Positions 1 through 9,352 of a DNA stretch of 32,000 nt are shown here, piece by piece. Both the position numbers and the translations under genes were made by a program. The DNA lies in contig OY760660.1 in the NCBI GenBank assembly GCA_963663995.1, positions 390,001 to 422,000 on the forward strand, read 5' to 3'. Below the pieces are notes generated by a model. It saw only the letters and a list, made by a program, of their open reading frames with translations. It did not search any database and was not told where the DNA came from. Source of the stretch: Erysipelotrichaceae bacterium (lineage in GTDB: Bacteria; Bacillota_I; Bacilli_A; Erysipelotrichales; Erysipelotrichaceae). Position 1 is the first letter of the stretch; every line of letters starts with the position of its first letter.

Positions 1-432
1 ATTTATCTAGATCTGATATTCAAGAAACTATTACCTGAATTCAAGAAAATGTTTAAAGTCAGTGATGTATATATGGGTGGATCATCGATGGGTGGTTTTA
101 TATCAATGGTTGCAGCCATCAAATATCCCAAAAAGTTAAAAGGGGTATTCTGTATGTCAAATGCGTGGTGGTTTGCTTATGAAGATTTAACAAAATTATT
201 AGATAAATCAAAAGGGCAGTTACCAAAAATTTATCTAGATACTGGAACAAAAGAATCAGAGGATGCACTTGTCCGTAAGTCATACCGTGATTTACATGAT
301 GATATTGTTGAACGACTTAAAGCAAAAAATCCAGCTAAATTAATTTCAAGAATGTTTAGAAAAGCAATTCACAATGAAGCTGAATGGGAAAAACGATTTA
401 CGCCGATGATCAAAGAATTATTAGAAGATTAA
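1..432 (+). CDS. Alpha/beta-hydrolase, putative esterase family (5' end outside window)
   Basis: Frame 1 is open from nt 1 with no stop before the listed ATG at 49, so the gene begins upstream of the window. Nucleophile elbow G-S-S-M-G lies in VYMGGSSMGGF. TAA stop at 430-432. Confidence 0.7.
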   Translation: MYLDLIFKKLLPEFKKMFKVSDVYMGGSSMGGFISMVAAIKYPKKLKGVFCMSNAWWFAYEDLTKLLDKSKGQLPKIYLDTGTKESEDALVRKSYRDLHDDIVERLKAKNPAKLISRMFRKAIHNEAEWEKRFTPMIKELLED

Positions 433-461
433 CTAAAAACATATAAATATAATTATAAGAA

Positions 462-493
462 GAAAATTGTAAAAAACTACGATTTTCTTTTTA
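462..493 (+). terminator. Rho-independent terminator after the esterase gene
   Basis: GAAAATTGTA (462-471) pairs with TACGATTTTC (478-487), giving 10 bp with one G-U. The loop is 6 nt and is followed by TTTTT (488-492). Confidence 0.6.
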
Positions 494-511
494 TTTATCC
501 CTGAATAGGTT

Positions 512-558
512 TATAATGGTGGTAGATTGTGGTAGAAAGTGGAGAAAAGTGGGTAATT
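512..558 (+). promoter_or_regulatory. mraZ/dcw promoter -10 box plus four phased GTGG direct repeats (predicted MraZ operator)
   Basis: TATAAT at 512-517. It is followed immediately by GTGGTAGATT (519), GTGGTAGAAA (529), GTGGAGAAAA (539) and GTGGGTAATT (549) at an exact 10-bp period, ending at the mraZ start. Confidence 0.6.
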
Positions 559-559
559 T

Positions 560-997
560 ATGACCATGTTCATGGGTGAATACAGACACAATGCCGACAA
601 AAAAGGACGAATCATTATTCCCGTCCGTTTTCGTGAAGCATTAGGTGAAAGTATTGTTGCTACAAAAGGTCTTGATGGTTGTATAACCATCTACACACTA
701 GATCAATGGCAAACCATCTTAGAAGGCTTGCAAAAACTACCAACCACAAAAAAAGAATCACGGATGTATATCCATATGTTAACGGCTCGAGCTGCTCAAT
801 GTGACTTTGATTCACAAGGACGAATTTTATTACCTCAACCGTTAATGGAAGATGCTCAAATTGAAAAGGATTGTGTTGTGATTGGCGTTGCTGATCATGT
901 TGAAATATGGTCTAAGAATCGTTGGGATGCTTATTATGAAAGTGCAAGTGAAAGCTTTGAAGAAGTGGCTGAGCAATTAACTGAGTTTATACGCTAA
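560..997 (+). CDS. mraZ: Transcriptional regulator MraZ
   Basis: The N-terminus MFMGEYRHNADKKGRIIIPVRFREAL and a second DSQGRILLP repeat match the duplicated MraZ/SpoVT-AbrB fold. It is the first gene of the dcw cluster. The homology-preferred start is probably the ATG at 566 (MFMGEY). Confidence 0.93.
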   Translation: MTMFMGEYRHNADKKGRIIIPVRFREALGESIVATKGLDGCITIYTLDQWQTILEGLQKLPTTKKESRMYIHMLTARAAQCDFDSQGRILLPQPLMEDAQIEKDCVVIGVADHVEIWSKNRWDAYYESASESFEEVAEQLTEFIR

Positions 998-1920
998 TGG
1001 AACATATTTCAGTTTTACTTCATGAATGTATTGAAGCGTTAGCCATTAAAGAAAATGGTGTCTATGTAGATTGCACGTTTGGAAGAGGCGGTCATAGTTT
1101 AGAAATTCTCAAGCGTTTAGGAATAAATGGGAGATTAATTGTTATTGATCAAGATCCAAGTGCCATTGATGTCGCCAACAAGCTTAAAGAAACTTATCCA
1201 AACTTAATCATTCATGCTTCAGACTTTGGACAATTAAAAAGCATTATTGAAAAAAGTGGATATGAAGCAGTTGATGGAATCTTACTAGATCTTGGTGTTT
1301 CATCACCTCAATTTGACCAATCTGATCGAGGATTTAGTTATCGCTATGATGCCAAACTCGATATGCGTATGAATACTAATCAAGCACTAAGTGCCTATGA
1401 AGTTGTTAATAAATATTCATTTGAGGATTTAAGAAGAATATTCAAAGTTTATGGCGAAGAGAAATTCGCACAACAAATTGCCCGAAAGATTGAGTCAGCA
1501 AGATTAATTAAACCAATCGAAACAACTTTAGAACTCGTTGATGTGATTAAATCAGCACTACCTTCTAAAGTACTATCTAAAAAAGGTCATCCAGCTAAAC
1601 AAGTTTTCCAAGCAATAAGAATTGAAGTGAATGATGAGTTAGGTCAACTTGATTCTGTATTAGATCAAGCGATTCACTCACTAAATACTGATGGTCGTCT
1701 AGCAATTATTAGTTTTCATTCATTAGAAGATCGTTTAGTAAAAAGGAAATTCAATAAATGTGTAGAAGATAAAACGCCATCAAAGTTACCGGTTAAAGAA
1801 GAAAAAGCACAGGCTTACGAACTTTTAAGTAAAAAAGCAATTGTTGCGAGTGATGAAGAATTAGAAGAAAATCAACGAGCTCATTCAGCGAAGTTAAGAG
1901 TACTTATAAAAAGGAATTAA
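997..1920 (+). CDS. rsmH: 16S rRNA (cytosine1402-N4)-methyltransferase RsmH (MraW)
   Basis: HISVLLHE...YVDCTFGRGGHS SAM-binding motif and LLDLGVSSPQFD motif. TAATG overlap with the mraZ stop. Canonical position after mraZ. Confidence 0.95.
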   Translation: MEHISVLLHECIEALAIKENGVYVDCTFGRGGHSLEILKRLGINGRLIVIDQDPSAIDVANKLKETYPNLIIHASDFGQLKSIIEKSGYEAVDGILLDLGVSSPQFDQSDRGFSYRYDAKLDMRMNTNQALSAYEVVNKYSFEDLRRIFKVYGEEKFAQQIARKIESARLIKPIETTLELVDVIKSALPSKVLSKKGHPAKQVFQAIRIEVNDELGQLDSVLDQAIHSLNTDGRLAIISFHSLEDRLVKRKFNKCVEDKTPSKLPVKEEKAQAYELLSKKAIVASDEELEENQRAHSAKLRVLIKRN

Positions 1921-1923
1921 AGA

Positions 1924-2226
1924 ATGATTAGACAAGTCAAAATAAAAAAACAAAATCGTTTTCTTGAAAAGTTCTCTAGAACGCTTTTAACTTTAGCTGT
2001 TATTTCATTTTTAGCTAGTTCAATATTCCTTAGAACTTACAATGTTCATCTCTCAGTTCAGATACAAGATATGCAAAATCGCATGGTACAATTGATGCAA
2101 GATAATGAGGTTATTGCCCGTCAAATTCAAGAACTTTCTTCAAAAGAAAGAGTTATGTCCATTGCCAATCAAAACGGTATGATCAATAATCAGAAAAACA
2201 TTGTCTTAATTCAATCAGGAGAATAG
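1924..2226 (+). CDS. ftsL: Cell division protein FtsL
   Basis: 100-aa bitopic protein with a basic N-terminus, one TM segment (LLTLAVISFLASSIFL) and then coiled-coil-like sequence. Conserved position between rsmH and the class B PBP. AAGGA SD upstream. Confidence 0.75.
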   Translation: MIRQVKIKKQNRFLEKFSRTLLTLAVISFLASSIFLRTYNVHLSVQIQDMQNRMVQLMQDNEVIARQIQELSSKERVMSIANQNGMINNQKNIVLIQSGE

Positions 2227-4401
2227 ATGAAAAGACGTAATCCGTTTGCCTTAAAACTAATATCTACGATTCTGTTGGTGATTTTACTTGCTATTGTCAT
2301 CAACAGTTTTTTCATATCAATTGTTGGAACACATCTAAATTCTCAATCTGATTTAAAAACATATGCAAATAATGTATCAACTCAAAAAAGTATTCTTCAA
2401 GCAAAACGAGGTTTAATTTTAGATTCAGAAGGGAATGTAATTGCCCAAGATATTGAGTCATATACTTTATATGCAATCGTTGATAAAAATAGACCTTCAT
2501 ATAAAAATCAACCATCCTATGTCGTCGATAAAGAAGAAACTGCAACTCAGTTAGCAAGTATTTTAAATGCACCCTATGAGTACATTTTAAATCGACTAAA
2601 TTTTGCAACCTACCAAACGGAGTTTGGTGTATATGGCTCAAAACTCAGTCAAGAAATAAAAGATCAAATAACAGCGCTAAATATAAGTGGTTTAGGTTTT
2701 ACGAAATCTTATACACGAGATTATCCTTTAGATGTTTTTGCTTCATATCTTGTTGGGTTTGTCGGTGAAGATGAATCAAGTCATGAACTTGTTGGTAAAA
2801 TGGGTTTAGAAGCCAATCTAAATACTCTTTTATCAGGTCTTGATGGGTCTAAAGTATCAGTTGTAGACCGATATGGTTATACACTTCCTGGATACAGTTC
2901 TGAAATAAGTCCTCAAGAAGATGGTAAAACCATTCAATTAACCATCAATAAAACGTTACAAGAACAATTAGAATCTTCTTTTTTAATAACTCAAGAAACC
3001 TTTAACGCAACTGAACTTTTTGGTGGCATTATGGAAGTTGATACAGGCAAAATTCTTGCATTAGGACAATATCCAAGTTTTAATCCGAACCTATTAGATG
3101 TCGATGAATTTAAGAACTTTGCGAGTCAATATATCTATGAGCCTGGGTCTACGATGAAGACATTTACTTATGCCGCAGCCATTGATACAGGTGTTTACAA
3201 TGGTGATGCTAGCTTTAATTCCAGTCCTTATCTTGTTAGTTTAGATAAGAATGGGGAACCTTATCGAAACATAGGGTCAAATGCTTTAGTCATTGGAACA
3301 ATCAGAAATGCCCATAATAAATCTTGGGGCTATATTACTTACAATGAAGGTTATGCTTATTCATCAAATGTGGGGATTGCTTCATTATTAACAACAAGTC
3401 TTGATTTAAATACGTTTCAAGAGTATTTAGTACGTTTTGGATTTAATGATGATGTTGAAGTTTATGGATTAAATGAAGTGATTGGTCGGATTAATTTTGA
3501 GTGGCCATATGATAAATTAACGGTTGGATTTGGACAGGGGATTACCATAAATATGATGCAGTTGATGCAGGCATATTCAGCCATTTTATCGGATGGGACG
3601 ATGGTAAGACCTTACTATATCGAAAGTATTAGTGATCCCTTAACTAAAGAAATTGAATATCAAGCTGAAACTGATGTGATTGGACAACCCATTAAGGAAA
3701 GTACTGCTTTAGCTATGCAAGATTTAATGTATCGAGTCACTCAAAATGAACCAACCCCAGGTACTGCTCGAGCCTATAATGTTGAAGGTTTAGATATCTT
3801 AGCGAAAACAGGTACTGCTCAAATTTTTGTCGATGGAGCCTATTCAAATGATGAGTTCATTTATTCAGTCATGATTGGTTTACCAGCTGATAATCCTGAA
3901 GTGATGTTGTATTACGCTTATCGTGCTCCAGCCACCTTAAATGCACACTTTAGAACAGATGCTGTTCAACAAATTATTACCGCCATTGCTCGTGAATATA
4001 ACTTACGAGAAGAAGACATTAATAGTACAGTCATTCAAAATTCAGACTTAGATACCTATGTTTTACCTAATCTTATCAATCATAGTATTGAATACGCACG
4101 AAACTATCTACAAACATATACAAGTAATTACTATATTCTAGGTGATCAATCGAGTATTTTAGATCAATATCCAAGTGAATCCTTAAAAATATTAAATACA
4201 CAAACAATTTTTTTACTTACAAGTAAGTCAAATGTTCAAATGATTGATTTAAGTCATATGAGTTTAAAAGATGTGCGTGCTTTTGCATCACTTTGCCAAT
4301 TGAACTTAAGTTATGAAGGAGATGGTTTAGTTCAATCTCAATCCATTGAAATCGGAGAGATAATCGAATCAAACCAAAACTTACACGTTGTTTTAGGCTA
4401 A
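2227..4401 (+). CDS. pbpB: Class B penicillin-binding protein (PBP2B/FtsI type) with C-terminal PASTA repeats
   Basis: N-terminal TM anchor. Transpeptidase motifs STMK (EPGSTMKTF), SSN (YSSNVG) and KTGTA. About 130-aa C-terminal extension with two PASTA-like modules. GGAGA SD. dcw position. Confidence 0.9.
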   Translation: MKRRNPFALKLISTILLVILLAIVINSFFISIVGTHLNSQSDLKTYANNVSTQKSILQAKRGLILDSEGNVIAQDIESYTLYAIVDKNRPSYKNQPSYVVDKEETATQLASILNAPYEYILNRLNFATYQTEFGVYGSKLSQEIKDQITALNISGLGFTKSYTRDYPLDVFASYLVGFVGEDESSHELVGKMGLEANLNTLLSGLDGSKVSVVDRYGYTLPGYSSEISPQEDGKTIQLTINKTLQEQLESSFLITQETFNATELFGGIMEVDTGKILALGQYPSFNPNLLDVDEFKNFASQYIYEPGSTMKTFTYAAAIDTGVYNGDASFNSSPYLVSLDKNGEPYRNIGSNALVIGTIRNAHNKSWGYITYNEGYAYSSNVGIASLLTTSLDLNTFQEYLVRFGFNDDVEVYGLNEVIGRINFEWPYDKLTVGFGQGITINMMQLMQAYSAILSDGTMVRPYYIESISDPLTKEIEYQAETDVIGQPIKESTALAMQDLMYRVTQNEPTPGTARAYNVEGLDILAKTGTAQIFVDGAYSNDEFIYSVMIGLPADNPEVMLYYAYRAPATLNAHFRTDAVQQIITAIAREYNLREEDINSTVIQNSDLDTYVLPNLINHSIEYARNYLQTYTSNYYILGDQSSILDQYPSESLKILNTQTIFLLTSKSNVQMIDLSHMSLKDVRAFASLCQLNLSYEGDGLVQSQSIEIGEIIESNQNLHVVLG

Positions 4402-4403
4402 TA

Positions 4404-4412
4404 TGCTATAAT
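4404..4412 (+). promoter_or_regulatory. Candidate internal extended -10 promoter upstream of mraY
   Basis: TGCTATAAT (TGnTATAAT) lies in the 28-nt PBP2B-mraY gap. No clear -35 box. Confidence 0.35.
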
Positions 4413-4429
4413 TCAAGACGGAAAAAACT

Positions 4430-5386
4430 ATGGAAAAAATACAGATATTCTTTATTAGTCTAGGTTTTACTTGGCTAATCTATCCTTATTTTATTCGCTT
4501 TCTACAAAAAAGAAATCATCAACAATCTGTTAGTGAATATGCTTTAGATTCTTTTAAAGAAAAAGCTAAAACGCCAACACTTGGTGGTTTTGTTTTTGTG
4601 CTAATACCACTCATTTCTTTTATTTTTTATCATCGTTATCGTTTTACAAATCCACAGATCAATTTGATTCTGTTAACTTATTTTGTTTATGGTTTTATTG
4701 GTTTTGTAGATGATCTAAAAATATTAATTGAAAAGAATAATAATGGATTATCAGCTGGGCTTAAATTTTCGCTTCAAGTCTTATTTGCAGCTGTTCTTTA
4801 TACTTTCTTTAAATCAAGTTTAAGTACAGAAGTATTCATTCCTTTTATCAAACAATCGATTGATTTTGGCTTCTTTTATATGATCCTCGTTTTAATAATG
4901 TTATCTGGAGCAAGTAATGGAACTAATTTAACCGATGGTATGGATGGTCTTGCCGGCGGGACAGTCTTTATTTCATTAATTGGTTTTGCGATTATTGCTT
5001 TTGTAAAAAATGAGACTTTAATTTTATCTTTTATTTTAGCAGTATCTGGTAGTTTGCTTGGCTATCTAAAATTCAATTGGCATCCTGCTAAAATCTTTAT
5101 GGGAGATACGGGTTCTTTAGCACTAGGTGCTTTATTAGCCGCTTTATCTATTGTATTAAAACTAGAACTTGTTCTATTAATTCTCGGGCTTGTTTTTGTG
5201 ATTGAAACACTATGTGTCATTTTGCAAATCTTTTGGGTAAAAACATTTAAGAAAAGGTTATTTAGATATACGCCTATTCATTATAGTTTTACCTTAGCAG
5301 GCCATAAAGAAGTACATGTCGTTTTAATGTTTTATGTATTTGCTTTAATTTCTGTAAGTATAGGAGTATGGGTAGCACTTTTATGA
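4430..5386 (+). CDS. mraY: Phospho-N-acetylmuramoyl-pentapeptide transferase MraY
   Basis: Polytopic membrane protein with NLTDGMDGLAGG and FMGDTGSLALGA motifs. dcw context. Confidence 0.95.
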   Translation: MEKIQIFFISLGFTWLIYPYFIRFLQKRNHQQSVSEYALDSFKEKAKTPTLGGFVFVLIPLISFIFYHRYRFTNPQINLILLTYFVYGFIGFVDDLKILIEKNNNGLSAGLKFSLQVLFAAVLYTFFKSSLSTEVFIPFIKQSIDFGFFYMILVLIMLSGASNGTNLTDGMDGLAGGTVFISLIGFAIIAFVKNETLILSFILAVSGSLLGYLKFNWHPAKIFMGDTGSLALGALLAALSIVLKLELVLLILGLVFVIETLCVILQIFWVKTFKKRLFRYTPIHYSFTLAGHKEVHVVLMFYVFALISVSIGVWVALL

Positions 5387-6681
5387 AAAAGGCTTTAATT
5401 ATTGGTTCAGCTAAATCTGGTAATGCAGTTAGTAAACTTTTAGCTGCTCATGGATATGACTGTATTTTAATTGATGAAAGAAAAATCGTTGATCAAGAGA
5501 GTTTGAAAAAATCCCATATAGAGCTTATTGAAGGTGCTTTTAATTTAAATCTTTTAGATACTAAATATGATTTGATTGTTAAAAACCCAGGGATTCCCCA
5601 TACACATCCTTTTATTCAAGCTTGCTTACAAAAAGGTTACTTTATTTATACAGAAATAGAAGTAGCTTTCTGGTTTGCGAAGTATTATCGTTATGCATCC
5701 ATAACCGGGACTAATGGTAAAACCACTACAACTGAGCTTTTACAAGCAATGTTGAAATTAGATAATGAAAAGAATACAGCAGCGGGGAATTTAGGTTTAC
5801 CGCTTAGTGATATTGTTTTAAGTGATCAGGAAGGTAATAAGAAAATCGCAATGGAAATTGCAGCTTTTCAATTATTGGGCATAAAAGACTATCATCCTGA
5901 AGTCAGTGTCATATTAAATCTGGCACCAGATCATTTAGATGTTTTTAAAGATACTGATGAATATTATCAAGCAAAAGCACTCGTCTATAAAAATCAAACT
6001 AACGCTGATTGGTTTTTAAGAAACATTGATGATGAAAATGTTTTAAAATATGCTCATCCTAATTGTAAAATAGTTGATTATTCACTGATCAAAAAAGCAG
6101 ATTTATATTTAAAGGATAAAGAAGTAATCCTTTTTGATCAAATTTTATTTAATATTGATGATTTGAAAATAAAAGGGATACATAATATTCAAAATGCAAT
6201 GGTTGCAGCAGCTAGTGCTTATAAATTAGATGTATCTATTGAGAATATTCAAAAAGCAATTAAAGCGTTTAAAGGGGTAGAACATCGAATTGAGTTTATT
6301 CGAGAATTCAATGGGATTGAATACTTCAATGATTCAAAAGCAACAACGGCTGAAAGTACAAAAGTAGCTTTGAATGCTTTTGATAAACCATTAATTGTTT
6401 TAGTGGGTGGTTATGATAAAAAAACTGGATTTAATATCTTAAAAGATGATCTAAAAAACTGTAAAGCGGTCATTGCTTTTGGTGCTACAAAAACACAATT
6501 TAAAGAATTATATGAAGAAACAGTTTTGTGTGAAAACATGAAAGAAGCTTTAGATACAGCAAATGAAATCGCAATAAATGGAGATGTAATATTACTTTCT
6601 CCAGCGTGCGCAAGCTATGATCAATTTAAAAACTTTGAAGAGCGTGGAAAACTGTTTAAAACATTTGTTTGTGACTTGTAA
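5383..6681 (+). CDS. murD: UDP-N-acetylmuramoylalanine--D-glutamate ligase MurD
   Basis: Rossmann N-terminus MKKALIIGSAKSGNAV. Mur ligase P-loop ITGTNGKTTT. ATGA overlap with the mraY stop makes 5383 the likely start; the ORF track begins at 5368. Confidence 0.92.
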   Translation: MKKALIIGSAKSGNAVSKLLAAHGYDCILIDERKIVDQESLKKSHIELIEGAFNLNLLDTKYDLIVKNPGIPHTHPFIQACLQKGYFIYTEIEVAFWFAKYYRYASITGTNGKTTTTELLQAMLKLDNEKNTAAGNLGLPLSDIVLSDQEGNKKIAMEIAAFQLLGIKDYHPEVSVILNLAPDHLDVFKDTDEYYQAKALVYKNQTNADWFLRNIDDENVLKYAHPNCKIVDYSLIKKADLYLKDKEVILFDQILFNIDDLKIKGIHNIQNAMVAAASAYKLDVSIENIQKAIKAFKGVEHRIEFIREFNGIEYFNDSKATTAESTKVALNAFDKPLIVLVGGYDKKTGFNILKDDLKNCKAVIAFGATKTQFKELYEETVLCENMKEALDTANEIAINGDVILLSPACASYDQFKNFEERGKLFKTFVCDL

Positions 6682-6706
6682 ATTTGTCCTTTAATGATAG
6701 TCATTT

Positions 6707-7027
6707 TTGAATTATAATAGAACAGCAACCATGAACAAAATGGAAGATATTTTAAATGCGCACCCAACTTTGAAACTCAGCTTTATGTTGAGATTGGGGA
6801 TGATTCAAAAGGAAAGTCTGGCTCAACTTAGTGATGAGCAATTTTTCGATGCTTTAATGGGCATGAAATGGAAAGCTGGCATTCCTACAAAATTTCATGA
6901 AGTGATTAATGATATCTTTCAAATATCGGCGGATGAAATTGTTGCTTACTTATCTAAGAAAGCAATCATTGACGCACGTAAAAACAATTTAGACGAGTTT
7001 GCATCCTATTTCGGAGGGAAATCATGA
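6707..7027 (+). CDS. ComN/YrzD-like post-transcriptional regulator family protein (start uncertain; ATG at 6731 or 6740 more likely than TTG 6707)
   Basis: Small acidic protein with an SDEQFFDALMGMKWK...FHEVINDIF pattern resembling ComN. It lies immediately upstream of secDF, as yrzD/comN does in Bacillus. A TATAAT at 6713-6718 sits inside the TTG-started ORF. Confidence 0.55.
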   Translation: MNYNRTATMNKMEDILNAHPTLKLSFMLRLGMIQKESLAQLSDEQFFDALMGMKWKAGIPTKFHEVINDIFQISADEIVAYLSKKAIIDARKNNLDEFASYFGGKS

Positions 7028-9312
7028 AAAAGAATTCAAGACTATTAATCTTCTTTACAACAGTATTAGCTGTTGTCATCTTGATTGGTGCTTTCATGAA
7101 CGATGTAAGAAACAATATGACCTTAGGTTTAGACCTACAAGGTGGTTTCGAAATTGTTTATGAGGTCAGTCCATTAAAAGATGGTGGAACTGTACCAGAA
7201 ATGTCAGCAGTGACACAAAGTATTAGTAAACGTATTAATGTTTTAGGGGTATCAGAACCTGAAATTGCGATTGAAGGCGAAGATCGTATTCGTATTCAAT
7301 TAGCAGGTGTTTCTGATCAACAAGAAGCACGTACCGTTATATCAACAACGGCTAATTTAACATTTAGAGATGTTAACGATAACTTATTAGCTGATGCGAC
7401 CATACTTACTGAAGGTGGTGCTAGCTTAAGTTATGAAAATGGTGTACCTGTTGTAAGTTTAAAGATTGCTGATAAAGAAGCATTTTTTGAACTAACGACT
7501 CAAGTTTCTTTGATGGCTTCAGGTAATAATATCATTGTTACATGGCTAGATTTTGAAGAGGGTGTTGATTCTTACCAAAATGAACAAGCTCGTTTATCAC
7601 AAGGTTTAGAACCTGCTTATATTTCTGCTGCTGCTGTAAGTAGTGGTATTAATGGTGATGCGATTATCAAAGGATCTTTCTCAGAGTCTGAAGCACGTAC
7701 TCTAGCTTCCTTAATTAATTCTGGTTCTTTACCAGTTAAATTAACAGAAATCTATTCAAATGTTGTGAGTGCTGAATATGGTATCAGTGCATTTTCAACA
7801 ACTGCTTTCGCTGGGATTATTGGTGTCTTAGGTGTCGCTTTATTTATGATCTTAGTTTATCGCTTACCTGGTATAGTATCTGCAATTATGCTAGCATTCT
7901 ATGTTTTCATTACGATACTGGCTTATAACACGATGGGTGGTGTCTTTACATTGCCTGGTATTGCAGCGCTTGTATTAGGGGTTGGGATGACTGTTGATGC
8001 CAACGTTATTACTTTCGAAAGAATTAAAGATGAACTTTATTTAGGAAGATCTCTTGAAAGAGCTAGTCAAGAAGGCCACCAACTTGCTTGGCGTACTATT
8101 TTTGACTCACAATTCACTACTTTCATTGCCGCTTTCATACTATATGTATTTGGTTCTGGATCAGTAAAGGGATTCGCAACCATGTTGTTAGTCACGATTA
8201 TGGTGACAATTCTATTAAACGTATTATTTACTCGTTTCTTACTGACTCAATTAATTAAGTCAGGTAAATTCGATGATAAACCTGAATACTTCAATGTAAG
8301 CAAAGATCAAATTCCTGATTTAAATAATGGTGAAGAACAAAAATACTTTGGACGTTTTGAAAAAGTTGATTTTGTTATAAAATCTAGACCATTTATTTTG
8401 ATGTCTATTGCGATTATCTCTGCTGGTCTAATTTCATCAGTTATTCAATTTGGAATTGGTAATGGACCTCTAAACTTAGGAATCGATTTTGCTTCAGGAA
8501 CAAAAATTACGGTTAACTCTGATACGACATTATCCGAATCAGAATTGATTAGTGATTTTGAAGCTTTGGGTCTTGAAAACTTTAATATTCAATTATCAGG
8601 TGACCATGTTGCATATATGACAACTCGTGAAACCATTGAAAGAACTCAATTAGATGAAATCAATGATACTTTCTTAGGAAAATATGGCCAAGAATTAAAT
8701 GACTCTGTTGTTTCTCCAGTTATTGGATTTGAATTAGCGCAAAACGCAGTGTTCTTATCCTTGTTAGCTTGGGTACTCATCATGATCTTTATTACCATTC
8801 GTTTCGAATTTGATTATGCTTTAGGAACTATTGTTGCTTTACTACACGATATCTTAATTGTGCTAGCAGTTTTCTCAGTCTTTAGATTAGAAGTTAATAC
8901 TGAACTTATTGCGGTACTGCTTGCGATTATCGGATATTCTGTTGATGACTCAATTGTTATCTTTGATAGAATTCGTGAAAACGTAAAAGGTTTTGGAACA
9001 AATCATATTTCAAAAGAAGCTTATCGTAAAATCGTTAATGATTCACTACGTGCTACATTAATGCGTTCTTTATTCAACACATTTACAACCCTTATTCCAG
9101 TTATCTTCTTAATTGGACTAGGTTCTAATTCAATCTTTGTCTTCAATATCGCTATGTTAGTTGGCCTTATGGCAGGGGCTTATTCCTCTATCTTCATCGC
9201 TGCTCAACTATGGTATTACATGCGTGTTCATGCAAAACCTCGCGTTAAGAAAGTTAAAGTCAAAAAGAATAATGAACCTGAAGAATATACAGTTATGGGA
9301 ATTAATGATTAG
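7024..9312 (+). CDS. secDF: Fused protein translocase subunit SecDF
   Basis: 762 aa. LGLDLQGGFEIVYEV SecD head, followed by two 6-TM SecD/SecF bundles (GIAALVLGVGMTVDANVITFERIKDE and IIGYSVDDSIVIFDRIRE). GGAGGG SD. ATGA overlap with the upstream stop. Confidence 0.95.
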   Translation: MKKNSRLLIFFTTVLAVVILIGAFMNDVRNNMTLGLDLQGGFEIVYEVSPLKDGGTVPEMSAVTQSISKRINVLGVSEPEIAIEGEDRIRIQLAGVSDQQEARTVISTTANLTFRDVNDNLLADATILTEGGASLSYENGVPVVSLKIADKEAFFELTTQVSLMASGNNIIVTWLDFEEGVDSYQNEQARLSQGLEPAYISAAAVSSGINGDAIIKGSFSESEARTLASLINSGSLPVKLTEIYSNVVSAEYGISAFSTTAFAGIIGVLGVALFMILVYRLPGIVSAIMLAFYVFITILAYNTMGGVFTLPGIAALVLGVGMTVDANVITFERIKDELYLGRSLERASQEGHQLAWRTIFDSQFTTFIAAFILYVFGSGSVKGFATMLLVTIMVTILLNVLFTRFLLTQLIKSGKFDDKPEYFNVSKDQIPDLNNGEEQKYFGRFEKVDFVIKSRPFILMSIAIISAGLISSVIQFGIGNGPLNLGIDFASGTKITVNSDTTLSESELISDFEALGLENFNIQLSGDHVAYMTTRETIERTQLDEINDTFLGKYGQELNDSVVSPVIGFELAQNAVFLSLLAWVLIMIFITIRFEFDYALGTIVALLHDILIVLAVFSVFRLEVNTELIAVLLAIIGYSVDDSIVIFDRIRENVKGFGTNHISKEAYRKIVNDSLRATLMRSLFNTFTTLIPVIFLIGLGSNSIFVFNIAMLVGLMAGAYSSIFIAAQLWYYMRVHAKPRVKKVKVKKNNEPEEYTVMGIND

Positions 9313-9336
9313 ACCAAGCAATTGGTCTTTTCTTTT
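9311..9336 (+). terminator. Rho-independent terminator after secDF
   Basis: AGACCAA (9311-9317) pairs with TTGGTCT (9322-9328). The loop is GCAA, followed by a TTTTCTTTT tract. Confidence 0.65.
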
Positions 9337-9352
9337 GTGATACACTTTATCT

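Noticed and set aside
2312-2641. 109-aa ORF antisense to the PBP2B gene
   Set aside because: It lies entirely inside a well-supported CDS on the other strand and has low-complexity, Leu/His/Tyr-rich composition with no SD. This is the typical shadow ORF of an AT-rich coding region.
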